Shown: one piece after another, positions 1 to 9,993 of the stretch
Numbering within the stretch: the first letter of the stretch is position 1
How the letters are laid out: every line of letters starts with the position of its first letter
NCBI GenBank assembly: GCA_009692115.1
Contig: SHZU01000004.1
Location: 138,275 to 202,274 of the forward strand
Length of the DNA: 64,000 nucleotides
Source: Gemmatimonadota bacterium
GTDB lineage: Bacteria; Gemmatimonadota; Gemmatimonadetes; Gemmatimonadales; GWC2-71-9
Direction: 5' to 3'
The notes under the pieces: model-generated
What the model was told of the DNA's origin: nothing
Databases searched by the model: none
The model's input: the letters and a program-made list of their open reading frames with translations, nothing else
Program-made: the position numbers and the translations under genes

Positions 1-804
1 GAGTCCCTTCGGGCCAACGGCCCGGGCGATGGCTGGATTCGAGTGGCGGGTGTCAAAGGCCTGCTGGATGGATCACTTGGCTCGACTACCGCCTACTTCG
101 ATGAGCCGTTCACCGACAAACCGGGAACGAGCGGCATGCTTACGACTCCGATCCCGTCCCTCAATGAGTGGGTAACCGGCGCGGACTCAGCCGGCCTGCA
201 GGTGGTCGTGCACGGCATCGGCGACCGGGCCAACGGCGAACTGCTCGACGCCTTCCAAGCGGCCGCCGACAAGAACGGACCCCGGGACCGGCGGTTTCGG
301 ATCGAACATGCCCAACACCTGAGGCCTCGCGATCTGCCCCGGTTTGCGGAATTGGGCGTCATCCCGTCGATGCAACCCTACCACGCGGCCGACGACGGCC
401 GCTGGGCCGAGAAGCGGCTCGGACCGGTCCGGATCAAGACCACCTACGCCTTTCGTTCCCTACTCGACGCCAAAGCCCGGTTGGTGTTCGGGTCCGACTG
501 GACGGTGGCGCCGCTCAGTCCGATCCTCGGGATCAAGGCGGCTGTTACCCGGGAGACCATCGACGGCAGGAAGGTGTTCGTACCCGATGAGCGGATCTCG
601 ATGCCGGAGGCGCTCCGGGCCTATACGGTCGACAATGCCTATGCGATGTACTGGGAGGGCCGGATCGGCCAACTGAAGCCGGGATTCAAGGCTGATCTGG
701 TGGTCATTGACCGGGATCTCCTGACTATCCCTGCGGCCGCGATTGACCAAGCCAAGATTCGGGTCACGGTGGTCGGCGGCACGGTCGTCTACCGCGCCCC
801 ATGA
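1..804 (+). CDS. amidohydrolase-family metal-dependent hydrolase (amidohydrolase_3-like), 5' end outside the window
   Basis: Frame 1 is open from base 1 (...WIRVAGVKGLLDGSLGSTTAYF...). Motifs HGIGDRAN, FRIEHAQH and FGSDW are typical of TIM-barrel amidohydrolases. Stop TGA 802-804 overlaps the next ATG (ATGA). Confidence 0.8.
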   Translation, partial: ESLRANGPGDGWIRVAGVKGLLDGSLGSTTAYFDEPFTDKPGTSGMLTTPIPSLNEWVTGADSAGLQVVVHGIGDRANGELLDAFQAAADKNGPRDRRFRIEHAQHLRPRDLPRFAELGVIPSMQPYHAADDGRWAEKRLGPVRIKTTYAFRSLLDAKARLVFGSDWTVAPLSPILGIKAAVTRETIDGRKVFVPDERISMPEALRAYTVDNAYAMYWEGRIGQLKPGFKADLVVIDRDLLTIPAAAIDQAKIRVTVVGGTVVYRAP

Positions 805-1397
805 CCCGGGCCACTTGGAACCAAATGGTGATCGGGGCGGTGGTGCTACCGCTCCTCGGCGTCGCCTTCGCGGCCGGGTCGGTGTTCCTTCTCGGCGCCA
901 GCGATCGGGCCGGCGTGGTCATTGCGTACGCCATCGCGACGATGCCCCTGTCCGCCGGAATCGGGGCGCTCGGCCGGAACCTCGCCGTCCGCGCCCCGAG
1001 GGGACCGTGGGGTCTGGGCGCGGCCGGGGCGATGATCGGTGCCGTGACGGCCGCGTTGGTCGCGGCTACGATCAGGTTCCACCAAGCCGGGGCCACCGGT
1101 TTCGTGTCCCTCTCCGCCCTTCCGTTGACCTCGGAGTTTCTGATGCTGGCCGGGGTCTGCCCAGCGGTGATGGTCCTCGGAGCGGGTCTGGCCGCCCGGC
1201 AGGCCGGTCGGGGAACCCGCTCGGTAATCGGCTGGAGTGTGGCGGCCGGCGCCGGGTCGTTGGCGTTGGTCGGGCTCGTCCTCATCGTCGTTAGGGCTTT
1301 GGGCAGTCTGCCGTTCTTGAACCCCGTGGTGTTGTGGGTCCTGGTGGCGGCGGCCATTGCCGGACTGGGGTGGCGACGGCTCGACATCGTTAGGTAA
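801..1397 (+). CDS. hypothetical integral membrane protein
   Basis: 198-aa ORF whose ATG overlaps the upstream stop. Almost entirely Ala/Gly/Leu/Val-rich hydrophobic segments (several predicted TM helices). Family not recognised. Confidence 0.6.
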   Translation: MTRATWNQMVIGAVVLPLLGVAFAAGSVFLLGASDRAGVVIAYAIATMPLSAGIGALGRNLAVRAPRGPWGLGAAGAMIGAVTAALVAATIRFHQAGATGFVSLSALPLTSEFLMLAGVCPAVMVLGAGLAARQAGRGTRSVIGWSVAAGAGSLALVGLVLIVVRALGSLPFLNPVVLWVLVAAAIAGLGWRRLDIVR

Positions 1398-1411
1398 CCC
1401 TCGGAGGGTCG

Positions 1412-3166
1412 ATGATTCGCTTGGTCCCGCTCGCTCTGCTCGGGGGTATCGCCTGCGGAAAACCGGTCTCGCTGTCACCGGCAAAGTGGCCGAAGGCCGA
1501 ATACGATCGATTCATGGGCTCGATCCAGAATACCGTCCGGACGACGGCCGATGTTGCGACCGGAACCCGGGGGGCGGTCACGGTGGCTTACGGTGGGTTT
1601 GCCGCCCGGGCCGGACTGGAGACCCTCAAACGCGGCGGCAATGCGGCCGATGCGGCCCTGACCACCGCCCTGACCCAAGTGGCGCTGACCGCCGGGGCTC
1701 CGATCAGCTACTTCGGCATCATGTCGCTGGTCTACTACGACGCCCAAACCGGCAAGACCAGTACCATGAGTGCCGGGTGGAACACCATTCTGGACGAGAC
1801 CGCCCCGCTCTCGATCCCCGGCGAACTCGCCCTGTCGGAAGACAAGCTCTGGGGGACCGTTCCGAGTGGCCGTACCGCGCTCGTCGGGGGCTTCATGAAA
1901 GGCGTGGAAGCCGCCCATCGAAAGTTCGGTAAACTCCCGTTTGCCTCAATGTTCGATCCCGCCATTCACGTCGCCGAGGCGGGGATGCCTGTTACCAAAG
2001 AGCTTGCGGGCGAGTTCATATCCCGCGAAGCGGATCTGAAACGCCTGGCGGCTACTCGCGCCGTATTCATGAAACCCGACGGCACCCGGTACCTCGAAGG
2101 AGAACGGTTCCGCCAACCGGCGTTGGCCCGGACGCTCCGGATGGTCGCCGCCCGGGGCGCCGACTACCTGTATCGGGGTCCCTGGGGGGAAAAGCTGGTC
2201 AGGGCGGTCCAAGCGGACGGCGGCAAGATGACCATGGCCGACCTCGCGGCCTATCAAGTCACGTGGAGCTCGCCCCGCATTGGGACGGTCGGAGATTATC
2301 AGATCTACACCGTTGGGGCCCCGAATTACGGTGGCCTCAATCTCATCGAAGCGCAGCACTTGGCCGCGGCGGCGGGCCTGGCGGCGGGGCCCCATTGGTC
2401 GGCATCGGGGGTCTCCCTCCGGAACGCCTCCAACATCACCAACGCCTGGATGCTGTCGCTGTTCCCGGAGTCGATGCGCGCCTCGCTCTACCCCGGGGTC
2501 GATTTTTCCGAGGCCTCGCGACTCACGCCGGAGCACGCTCGGCGGCTCTGGCCCAGAATCGCCGACGGAGTCAAACCACTCCAGTGGGCCAAAAACGGCA
2601 GTCACTCGGACGATGTCGTGGTCATCGACGAGGAGGGCAACATGGCGGCAATCACCCATAGTATCAATTGTGTGATCTGGGGGAAAACGGCCATCAATGT
2701 CGACGGGATCTCGATCGGAGATCCGGGTTCCTACCAGCAGGCGGCGATCGCGAAGGTTGGACCCGGTAAACCGCTGCCCGATCCGACCGAAACCGGTCTG
2801 TTGGTGAAGGAGGGCAAACCGGTGCTGGCCTTCGCCTCGATGGGGTCGGGTCTCCATCAGCGTACCTTCCAAGCCCTCCTGAACGTGGCGGTGTTCGGCA
2901 TGACCGTCGACCAGGCAATCGACGCGCCGGACTTCTTCATCCCAACCCTGTCACTCAAGGATGGCGGCTATCTGGTGGCCGTTCCGAAGGGCCGGTTCCC
3001 GAAAACGGTGCTCGATGAAACCGGATCCGGGTACCGCGAGTACGACCCGGAGCGCTCCCGATTCGGTGGGGAAGGGGTGTGGGTCGGGATCAGTCGCGAC
3101 CCCCGGACCGGCCGGCTCCGGGCCGCCTCCCACAATCGAAGCAACAGCGCCGCCGTGGCCTACTGA
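1412..3166 (+). CDS. ggt: gamma-glutamyltransferase-family (Ntn-hydrolase) protein
   Basis: 584-aa ORF with a signal/lipoprotein-like N-terminus (LLGGIAC). GGT-family stretches include TVAYGGFAARAGLETLKRGGNAADAALTTAL, YRGPWGEKL and DDVVVIDEEGNMAAITHSIN. The expected TTH nucleophile region reads GSHS, so the exact activity is uncertain. Confidence 0.85.
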   Translation: MIRLVPLALLGGIACGKPVSLSPAKWPKAEYDRFMGSIQNTVRTTADVATGTRGAVTVAYGGFAARAGLETLKRGGNAADAALTTALTQVALTAGAPISYFGIMSLVYYDAQTGKTSTMSAGWNTILDETAPLSIPGELALSEDKLWGTVPSGRTALVGGFMKGVEAAHRKFGKLPFASMFDPAIHVAEAGMPVTKELAGEFISREADLKRLAATRAVFMKPDGTRYLEGERFRQPALARTLRMVAARGADYLYRGPWGEKLVRAVQADGGKMTMADLAAYQVTWSSPRIGTVGDYQIYTVGAPNYGGLNLIEAQHLAAAAGLAAGPHWSASGVSLRNASNITNAWMLSLFPESMRASLYPGVDFSEASRLTPEHARRLWPRIADGVKPLQWAKNGSHSDDVVVIDEEGNMAAITHSINCVIWGKTAINVDGISIGDPGSYQQAAIAKVGPGKPLPDPTETGLLVKEGKPVLAFASMGSGLHQRTFQALLNVAVFGMTVDQAIDAPDFFIPTLSLKDGGYLVAVPKGRFPKTVLDETGSGYREYDPERSRFGGEGVWVGISRDPRTGRLRAASHNRSNSAAVAY

Positions 3167-3169
3167 CCC

Positions 3170-3187
3170 GGTGCAGGTACCTGCACC
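3170..3187. terminator. perfect 18-nt palindrome GGTGCAGGTACCTGCACC immediately after the ggt-like stop; possible terminator stem or operator
   Basis: Seen directly, 4 nt after TGA 3164-3166. There is no T-tract, so an intrinsic-terminator function is uncertain. Confidence 0.3.
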
Positions 3188-3298
3188 AGGACGCTCGCCT
3201 CCGCACCCATCGGGCGCTAAATTGTTCTCCAATCCCCGGGCCGGAGCCTCGGCTTGGTTTCTGGTAATCTGGCTCTCAAGCCCCTAATCTGGAACGAC

Positions 3299-5425
3299 AT
3301 GGCGACTCGCACTTCGCACCGCGCCCGCACCTCCGCCAAGCTCGAAAAAGCGGACCTTCTCGATATGTACCAGATGATGCTCCTCTCCCGGCGCATCGAC
3401 GACAAGGAAATTCAGCTCAAGCGCCAAAGCAAGATCTTCTTTCAGATCTCCGGCGCCGGCCATGAAGCGGTATTGGCGGCGGCCGCGAAGGTGTTTCGGC
3501 CCTCGTACGACTGGTTCTACCTCTACTATCGCGACCGGGCCCTCTGTCTGGGCCTCGGCATGACCGCGACCGAGATGTTGCTCTCGGCCGTCGGCGCGGC
3601 GGACGATCCGAACTCGGGCGGCCGCCAGATGCCCTCGCACTGGGGCCACAAAGACCTCAATATCGTCAGTGCCTCGAGTCCGACCGGCACCCAGTTCCTC
3701 CAGGCGGTCGGGGCCGCCGAGGCCTGGCTCCGGTATAGCCAAAACGAGGCGATTGCCGATCGGGACCAGCACACCAATGCCGACGAAGTCATCCTCGTCA
3801 CGACCGGCGACGGGACCACGAGCCAGGGCGAATTCTGGGAATCGCTCAACACGGCCTGCAACCTCAAACTTCCGATCGTCTACCTCGTCGAGGACAACAA
3901 GTACGCCATTTCGGTGCCGGTCGAGGTCAACACCGCCGGTGGCTCGGTGTCGAAACTCCTGACCGGATTCCCGGGTCTCTTCATTCAAGAGGTCGACGGC
4001 TGCGACCCGCTCGCGTCCTATGATGTCATGCAGAAAGCCGTTGAATACGCCCGCCAGCGCAAAGGTCCGGCCCTGGTGCATGCGCACGTGATCCGGCCCT
4101 ACAGCCATTCACTGTCCGATGACGAAGTGTTTTATCGCCCGACCTCCGAGCGGGATGACGACGCCCATCGCGATCCGGTCTTCACTTTTCCGAAATACCT
4201 GATCGCCCAAGGCATTGCCACCGAGCAGGAAATCGAGCAAATCAAGCAAGCGGTCGAAGAAGAAGTGGAGGTGGCGACCCAGACCGCCCTCGCCTCGCCG
4301 CAACCGGCCACCGATACGATCTATCGCTACGTGTATTCCCCGGACGTCGACCCGACGTCGGAGCAATTCGATACTGAGGACGATCCCCAGTTCCAGGGCG
4401 ACCCGACCACCATGGTCGATCTCCTCAATGGGTGCATGAAGGACGAAATGAGCCGCGATCCCCGGATCGTGGTGTTCGGCGAGGACGTGGCCGACGTCAG
4501 TCGGGATCAGTATCTCGGACAAGTCAAAGGCAAAGGCGGCGTCTTCAAGGTCACCTTCGGCCTCCAGAAGGAGTTTGGGAGCAACCGGGTCTACAACTCG
4601 CCTCTCGCCGAGGCCAACATCGTGGGCCGAGCCATCGGGCTCGCCACGCGGGGCTTGAAGCCGGTCGTCGAAATCCAGTTCTTCGATTACATCTGGCCCG
4701 CCTACATGCAGATCCGCGACGAACTGGCGATCCTCCGATGGCGGTCGAACAATGATTGGCCCGCCCCGGTCGTCATTCGGGTGACCTACGGCGGATACCT
4801 CAAGGGCGGCGCACCCTACCACTCGCAGACCGGGGCGTCGGTCTTCACCTCGGTGCCTGGCCTTCGAGTGATCTGTCCGGCCACGGCCCTCGATGCCAAC
4901 GGGCTGCTCCGGACCGCCATTCGGTGCGAAGATCCGGTCATCTTCCTCGAGCACAAGCATCTCTATCGCCAGGCCTACAACAAAGCGCCGAACCCGGGCC
5001 CCAACTTCATGATCCCCTTCGGCAAAGCGAAGGTGGTTCGGGAAGGAACCGATCTGACGGTCGTCACCTACGGCGCCACGGTCCAGCGGTCACTGGTCGC
5101 CGCCAAGGCCATGGAGGAGGAGCACGGGACCAGCGTCGAGGTCATCGATCTCCGAAGCCTCTCGCCCGTCGATTGGGACACCATCTATACGTCCGTCAAG
5201 AAGACGAACCGCGTCATGGTGGTGTATGAGGATGCGCTCTCCTGGGGTTACGGGGCTGAAATCGCCGCGCGAATCGCCGATGAGACGTTCGGGTACCTCG
5301 ATGCCCCGGTCCGCCGGGTGGCCTCCACCGATACGTTCGTGGCGTATGCCCCTGAACTTGAAGAGGTGATCCTCCCACAGGCCGACCGGATCAAACGTGA
5401 GATGGAGGAACTGCTGCGGTTCTAA
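3299..5425 (+). CDS. 2-oxoacid (branched-chain/pyruvate-type) dehydrogenase E1 component, fused alpha/beta subunits
   Basis: ATG 3299 (MATRTSH...); the track ORF begins at an upstream alternative start, 3254. The N-terminal half is TPP-binding E1-alpha-like ([22 protein letters not shown]). The C-terminal half is E1-beta-like ([25 protein letters not shown]). Confidence 0.9.
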   Translation: MATRTSHRARTSAKLEKADLLDMYQMMLLSRRIDDKEIQLKRQSKIFFQISGAGHEAVLAAAAKVFRPSYDWFYLYYRDRALCLGLGMTATEMLLSAVGAADDPNSGGRQMPSHWGHKDLNIVSASSPTGTQFLQAVGAAEAWLRYSQNEAIADRDQHTNADEVILVTTGDGTTSQGEFWESLNTACNLKLPIVYLVEDNKYAISVPVEVNTAGGSVSKLLTGFPGLFIQEVDGCDPLASYDVMQKAVEYARQRKGPALVHAHVIRPYSHSLSDDEVFYRPTSERDDDAHRDPVFTFPKYLIAQGIATEQEIEQIKQAVEEEVEVATQTALASPQPATDTIYRYVYSPDVDPTSEQFDTEDDPQFQGDPTTMVDLLNGCMKDEMSRDPRIVVFGEDVADVSRDQYLGQVKGKGGVFKVTFGLQKEFGSNRVYNSPLAEANIVGRAIGLATRGLKPVVEIQFFDYIWPAYMQIRDELAILRWRSNNDWPAPVVIRVTYGGYLKGGAPYHSQTGASVFTSVPGLRVICPATALDANGLLRTAIRCEDPVIFLEHKHLYRQAYNKAPNPGPNFMIPFGKAKVVREGTDLTVVTYGATVQRSLVAAKAMEEEHGTSVEVIDLRSLSPVDWDTIYTSVKKTNRVMVVYEDALSWGYGAEIAARIADETFGYLDAPVRRVASTDTFVAYAPELEEVILPQADRIKREMEELLRF

Positions 5426-6930
5426 TGCATACCCGAATCCGCTTCATCGGCCTGGCGACGGCGCTGGCGTTCATCGTGCCCTCCCATCGCCCCGCCAAGT
5501 CCTGGTCGGCTCCGCCCGCCGACTACGACTTCGCGACTGAAGATGCCATCGCCCGCCGGATCGACTTCAGCCGGCCCGACCCGGCAGAACTCAACCGGAT
5601 CTTCGCCAAGCGTCGGGCTCGGGTTCTCCGGGCCATTCCCGACGGGGCGATGCTGGTCTACTCGGTCGAGTGGACCCAGCCTCGGCGCTTGGAATTCCAG
5701 GTGGCCGCTAGCGACAATCACGACTTCACGTACCTGACCGGCCTCGCCGGATTGGCCAGTGTCGAATCGGCCCTGTTGCTGGTTCCGGGCGCCACTCCCG
5801 CGGAGGACTGGGCCGTGCTCTATACCTCCGCCGAGGATCTCGCAGGAGTCCGTCGCTCCACCGGGATCGCCGACATTCGACCCTTTGCCAAGCTCGAGCA
5901 AGAGTTGTCGGTCGCGATGACCGATTACCGGGATTGGCGGATCACCCAGATCCGCCGCTGGCCCCTCCCGGCGGCCCTCGCCCAACGGTGGGGCAACAGC
6001 CGGAAAGCCCTCTATCTCAACTATCCCCGGTTCTTCCGCCTTGGCATGCCGGAGCCGGAACGCCTGGGCACCTTCGATCGGTTCCGGCGGTTCTCGCCGG
6101 AAATGGATCTCCGGGACGCAGCGGATCTGCTCGATCCGATCCGGATGTATCACGACGCCCTGGCGCTCGCCAGCATTCGGCGGGCGGTCTGGATTACCGG
6201 GGAGGGAATCAAGGAAGGCTTCCGGGCCGCCACGGCCGGCCGGACGGAAACCGAGATCATGGAGATCATCGATTTCGTCTACCGCTTCCATGGGGCCGAC
6301 CTCGGGTTTCCAACCGAAGTGATGCGCTACCCCCCCGGCGGCCCGAAACCCCGAGCCGAGGTACCCGAGGGCTTCATCATGTATCAGACCCGGTCCTCCG
6401 GCGACACCCTCCGGTCAGGAGACATGGTGCACACCGACACCGGGGCCGAGTTCAACTTTTTCTCCGCCGATATCCAGCGGAACGTGGCCGTGGACGGGAC
6501 GCTGAGCTCCAAACAACGCGAGATCTATGAGATCGCGCTCAACGTTCAGAAGACGGTCATCGACTCGATTCGGCCGGGCATCACTTGGTGGGAACTCCAT
6601 CGACTTGCGGAACGGATGCTCAAGGAGGCCGGGGGGTACGATCGGTACTACCGGTATGGCATCGGGCACTTCATCGGGATGGAAGTCCACGACGAAGGCG
6701 ACTACACCCAACCGCTCCAGGCGGGCATGGCCCTGACGATCGAGCAGGGCGTCTTTCCCCCTAACGGACCCCATGCGGCCTTCGAGGACGACATTATCGT
6801 GACCCCGACCGGCCACGAATGGGTCTCGCGCTCGATTCCGATCGAAATCGCTGAAATCGAAGCCTTGGCAAAAGAACCCTCCAACCTGGCGCCGTTTCTC
6901 TCGAAAGCCCCGCCCGCCCGGCGCCGATGA
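5425..6930 (+). CDS. M24B-family Xaa-Pro aminopeptidase (aminopeptidase P-like), secreted
   Basis: 501-aa ORF whose ATG shares a base with the upstream TAA. Signal-like N-terminus. Pita-bread fold motifs DMVHTDTGAEFNFFSADIQRN, GIGHFIGMEVHDEG and LTIEQGVF. Confidence 0.85.
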   Translation: MHTRIRFIGLATALAFIVPSHRPAKSWSAPPADYDFATEDAIARRIDFSRPDPAELNRIFAKRRARVLRAIPDGAMLVYSVEWTQPRRLEFQVAASDNHDFTYLTGLAGLASVESALLLVPGATPAEDWAVLYTSAEDLAGVRRSTGIADIRPFAKLEQELSVAMTDYRDWRITQIRRWPLPAALAQRWGNSRKALYLNYPRFFRLGMPEPERLGTFDRFRRFSPEMDLRDAADLLDPIRMYHDALALASIRRAVWITGEGIKEGFRAATAGRTETEIMEIIDFVYRFHGADLGFPTEVMRYPPGGPKPRAEVPEGFIMYQTRSSGDTLRSGDMVHTDTGAEFNFFSADIQRNVAVDGTLSSKQREIYEIALNVQKTVIDSIRPGITWWELHRLAERMLKEAGGYDRYYRYGIGHFIGMEVHDEGDYTQPLQAGMALTIEQGVFPPNGPHAAFEDDIIVTPTGHEWVSRSIPIEIAEIEALAKEPSNLAPFLSKAPPARRR

Positions 6931-6946
6931 GCCGCCGAACGGCGAC

Positions 6947-7744
6947 CTACCGGCGCCGACAGATCATCAACTCCGTGCTCGGGCTCTCTTGAGCCGAACG
7001 GACCAGTCGCCGCTCGATTGGGTAGAGCAGCCGGCCCAAGAGGCCGCCCAACGCGTTGCTCACCATGGCGGGACTCATCAAGGCCGTCCAGGCCAATCCG
7101 GCCAGCCTCCCGGCGTCAGCGGGATAATTCATCAGCATGAACATCGGAACCCGGGCCTCGATGGTGAATCCGGCGCGGTCCACCGCCGAGGTGATGTCTT
7201 CGAGTGAGCGGCTGACCTGGTGCGCAATCCGGGTGGTCGGTCGATGGATGAAATTGTCCGACCAGATGAATACTCCGCCGGGCTTCAGCAGACTAGAGAT
7301 GTTGGCCAAGGCCCGGGCATACAGGGCATCTTCGACGATATGGAACAGCACGTCAAAGGCGCTGACGACGTCGAACCGCCCGGTCTCGTCCGAGAGCGGC
7401 GGCGCCAGCGGCATTCCGATATCGGCCTGGAGAAACCGGGCCGTCGGAAACCGGGTAGCCAGGGTGCTTGCCACCACCGGGGCCAAATCGACTCCGGTCA
7501 CCGTCGCGCCGCGGTTCTGCCACCGAGCGACGTAGAAACCGGTTCCCGGCCCAACGTCTAATACCTGCTGGCCGGGGGTGCCGAGGCCGTGATCGGCCAC
7601 GACCCGGTCGAAGACGTCACCGCGGACCCGGTACATCCACTCATTGAACCGCTGGCCCAGCCGTAAATAACCAACGCCCTCGAGGCTAAAGTGATCTCGA
7701 AGGCGTCGTTCCCAATAATCCTTGGCGGCAAAGCCGTCGCTCAA
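6947..7744 (-). CDS. class I SAM-dependent methyltransferase
   Basis: SAM motif I VLDVGPGTGFY, then DVVSAFDVLFHI and LKPGGVFIWSD. The TTG start overlaps the kinase stop (TTGA), so it is likely co-transcribed with the kinase. Confidence 0.85.
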   Translation of the reverse strand: MSDGFAAKDYWERRLRDHFSLEGVGYLRLGQRFNEWMYRVRGDVFDRVVADHGLGTPGQQVLDVGPGTGFYVARWQNRGATVTGVDLAPVVASTLATRFPTARFLQADIGMPLAPPLSDETGRFDVVSAFDVLFHIVEDALYARALANISSLLKPGGVFIWSDNFIHRPTTRIAHQVSRSLEDITSAVDRAGFTIEARVPMFMLMNYPADAGRLAGLAWTALMSPAMVSNALGGLLGRLLYPIERRLVRSAQESPSTELMICRRR

Positions 7745-9684
7745 CTTGTCGCCTCTTTGATCTCGCTCGCTGCCGCGATCAGGTGGTCGACGTCGCGAGA
7801 AAGGGCCCGGGCGGCCTGGGTGGCCTGGGTCAGATTCCCGACCACCCCGCCGACGCCGGAGGTCCGGACCCGCATCAGGTCGTAGCGCACGTTCTGAATG
7901 GCCAAGACCGTAGACTCGAACCGCTCCGCGATGGCTTTGCGGCGGCTCGAGAGCTCAAAGGCGGACCGGAACTGCTGCTCCAAGAGCCGGAACTTCCGGT
8001 CGCGCTCTTCAGACTGCGGCTGGTCGGCCAACTCCGTCATCCTCGCCTTGATCTTGTCCGGCTCTTCGAAGCCCATCCCCTGTTCGAAGTCGTTCAGGGT
8101 TTTGGCCAGGTCGAGCGAGCGGGTATACAGATCTTCGGTCGTTTGGACGATATCCGGCAACAGTTCGCGGTCGGTGGGCGAGAGCCGCTGCATCATCGAG
8201 AGAACCGCGCCCCGGTCGCCGTGGACCTGCTTGATCCGTTCGAAATAGGTCCCGTACTCGGCTTCGCGAGGAGGGGTTAGGGCCCCCCGGGCCTTGCCCT
8301 TGGTCGTTCCGGCCTCGATCGCGTCATGCGCCGGCGGGCGGTTCAACACATCCCGCCAGCTGTATCCAGCCTGCCAGAGTTGGGCGTAGCTCTTGAGGAG
8401 CGGGATCCCCATCCCGCCCGCGACGAACAGGAACCACGGTCCGTCGAGCCCGGTTGCAATATTGAGCAGCAGGCAACCGCCACTCACCGCAGCCCACCGC
8501 GCAAACTGATCGCGGACTTTCTGGACAATCCTCGGCTCGCCGGTATCGTGCATCGGCGGCGACTCATCGTCGGTTCGGACCCACTCACCGCGGTCGTTCC
8601 GGACCCACTGCCCTCCGGCCAACGAGGCCGAACGCGACGGCGCCCCCAGGCGGGGTGCCATCGGAGCTCGGGGTGCCCGAGGTGCCGGCGGGGCCGCCAG
8701 CCCGCGAGCTCTCGCCCGGTCGGCCGCCAACGTTCGCGGGCGGGTCCCGGTTGAATCCGGGTTTCGGGGCGCCGGCGCCGCCCGCACCCCGGTGGCAGTG
8801 GGACGATAGGATCCAACCGTCCGGCTCTCCAGCCCTCGTCGCAGGCCATCGGCCGTGGGCCACCGATTCTCAGGGTCTTTCTCGAGACACCGGGCTACGG
8901 CCAGCGATAAATCCTCGGGAATGTCGGGGCGGGTCAAGTGCAGTACCGGGGCCGGTTCGGTAATTTGCTTCATGAGGATGCCCGCCACCGTCGGCGCGTT
9001 GAACGGCAATTCGCCGGTCAACATCAGGTACGTCACCACCCCCAGGCTGTAGAGGTCGGAACGTCCGTCGATCTCTCGCTCGCCCGCGGCCTGCTCGGGG
9101 CTCATGAACTGGGGCGTGCCGATCGCGACGCCAACGCCGGTAAGCGTCGCGCCCGAGGTGCCGGACAGGGCCTTCGCGATCCCGAAGTCCGTCACCATCA
9201 CCCGGCCTCGAGTGCCTTCGAGGAGGATGTTATCCGGCTTGATGTCGCGATGAATGATCGAAAGGCTGTGGGCGGCGGATAACGCGTCGGCCGTTTCCTT
9301 CATGATCCGGCGCGCTTCGTCCGGCGGGAGCTTGCCGCGCCGCTTGATCCGTCCGCCGAGCGATTCTCCCTCGACGTAGCCCATCACGAAATACACCAAC
9401 CCCGCGCCGTTGCCGACGTCATGAATCGGCACGATGTTGGGATGCGAGAGCCGGGCTGCAGTCTGGGCCTCGCGGGTAAACCGCTCGCGGATGTCTTTCT
9501 GGTAGGCGAGTTCAGGCGGCAGCACCTTGATGGCGACCCGACGCTGAAGGCGTTCGTCGCGGGCTCGGTACACCACACCCATTCCACCCCGTCCGATTTC
9601 TCCCTCAATCGTATAGGCTTCGCCTAAGGCTTCTTTTAGCCGTTGGGGAAGAGGGCGGCCGTGGGGATCATTGGGTTCAGTCAT
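7741..9684 (-). CDS. serine/threonine protein kinase with C-terminal two-TM plus helical domain
   Basis: Hanks motifs [35 protein letters not shown] and SPEQ. A Pro/Ala-rich linker is followed by hydrophobic segments ([29 protein letters not shown]) and a helical tail of about 200 aa. Start placed at ATG 9684 (MTEPND...); the track ORF extends to 9792. Confidence 0.9.
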   Translation of the reverse strand: MTEPNDPHGRPLPQRLKEALGEAYTIEGEIGRGGMGVVYRARDERLQRRVAIKVLPPELAYQKDIRERFTREAQTAARLSHPNIVPIHDVGNGAGLVYFVMGYVEGESLGGRIKRRGKLPPDEARRIMKETADALSAAHSLSIIHRDIKPDNILLEGTRGRVMVTDFGIAKALSGTSGATLTGVGVAIGTPQFMSPEQAAGEREIDGRSDLYSLGVVTYLMLTGELPFNAPTVAGILMKQITEPAPVLHLTRPDIPEDLSLAVARCLEKDPENRWPTADGLRRGLESRTVGSYRPTATGVRAAPAPRNPDSTGTRPRTLAADRARARGLAAPPAPRAPRAPMAPRLGAPSRSASLAGGQWVRNDRGEWVRTDDESPPMHDTGEPRIVQKVRDQFARWAAVSGGCLLLNIATGLDGPWFLFVAGGMGIPLLKSYAQLWQAGYSWRDVLNRPPAHDAIEAGTTKGKARGALTPPREAEYGTYFERIKQVHGDRGAVLSMMQRLSPTDRELLPDIVQTTEDLYTRSLDLAKTLNDFEQGMGFEEPDKIKARMTELADQPQSEERDRKFRLLEQQFRSAFELSSRRKAIAERFESTVLAIQNVRYDLMRVRTSGVGGVVGNLTQATQAARALSRDVDHLIAAASEIKEATS

Positions 9685-9922
9685 TCCAGCGAGCGCGTTC
9701 CCGTCGTCGAAACGTTGTTGCCGCAACAGCTTACCAATTTCGCTACAGGAGTCCCAGGGCACAACCCTTTGCCCCACGCCGCCGCCCGCCAAACTGGCAC
9801 ATCCGGGAGTCGATCCGACACGGATAGGCAGGGTTCATACCACGCCAAACCCCCGTCCCGGACCCCGATATTCCGCGCTAAATCAATCCCTCCCAACACG
9901 ATACCACCCGCCCCAGTCGCCG

Positions 9923-9938
9923 TGGCACAGCGCTCGCT
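9923..9938 (+). promoter_or_regulatory. candidate sigma-54 (-24/-12) promoter upstream of lon
   Basis: TGGCAC-agcgc-TCGCT matches the TGGCAC-N5-TTGCW consensus with correct GG-N10-GC spacing. It lies 56 nt upstream of lon ATG 9994. The same TGGCAC-N5-TCGCT form recurs at 25993-26008. Confidence 0.3.
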
Positions 9939-9947
9939 CCTATCCCT

Positions 9948-9982
9948 CCCGAGCGCCGAGTGCCGAGCCCCGCGTGCCGAAC
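9948..9982. repeat. tandem heptanucleotide repeat, 5 units (CCCGAGC GCCGAGT GCCGAGC CCCGCGT GCCGAAC)
   Basis: Read directly. It is the reverse complement of the CTCGGCR unit found at four other loci. It lies in the kinase/lon divergent intergenic region. Confidence 0.8.
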
Positions 9983-9993
9983 CTGAGGACCCC

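Noticed and set aside
3265-3292. Direct repeat TAATCTGG-N12-TAATCTGG just upstream of the E1 start codon
   Set aside because: It could be -10-like elements or an operator, but it is a single occurrence with no supporting context, so a call cannot be supported.
9795-9810. Another TGGCAC hexamer in the kinase/lon region as a sigma-54 promoter
   Set aside because: There is no GC at the -12 position with the required spacing.
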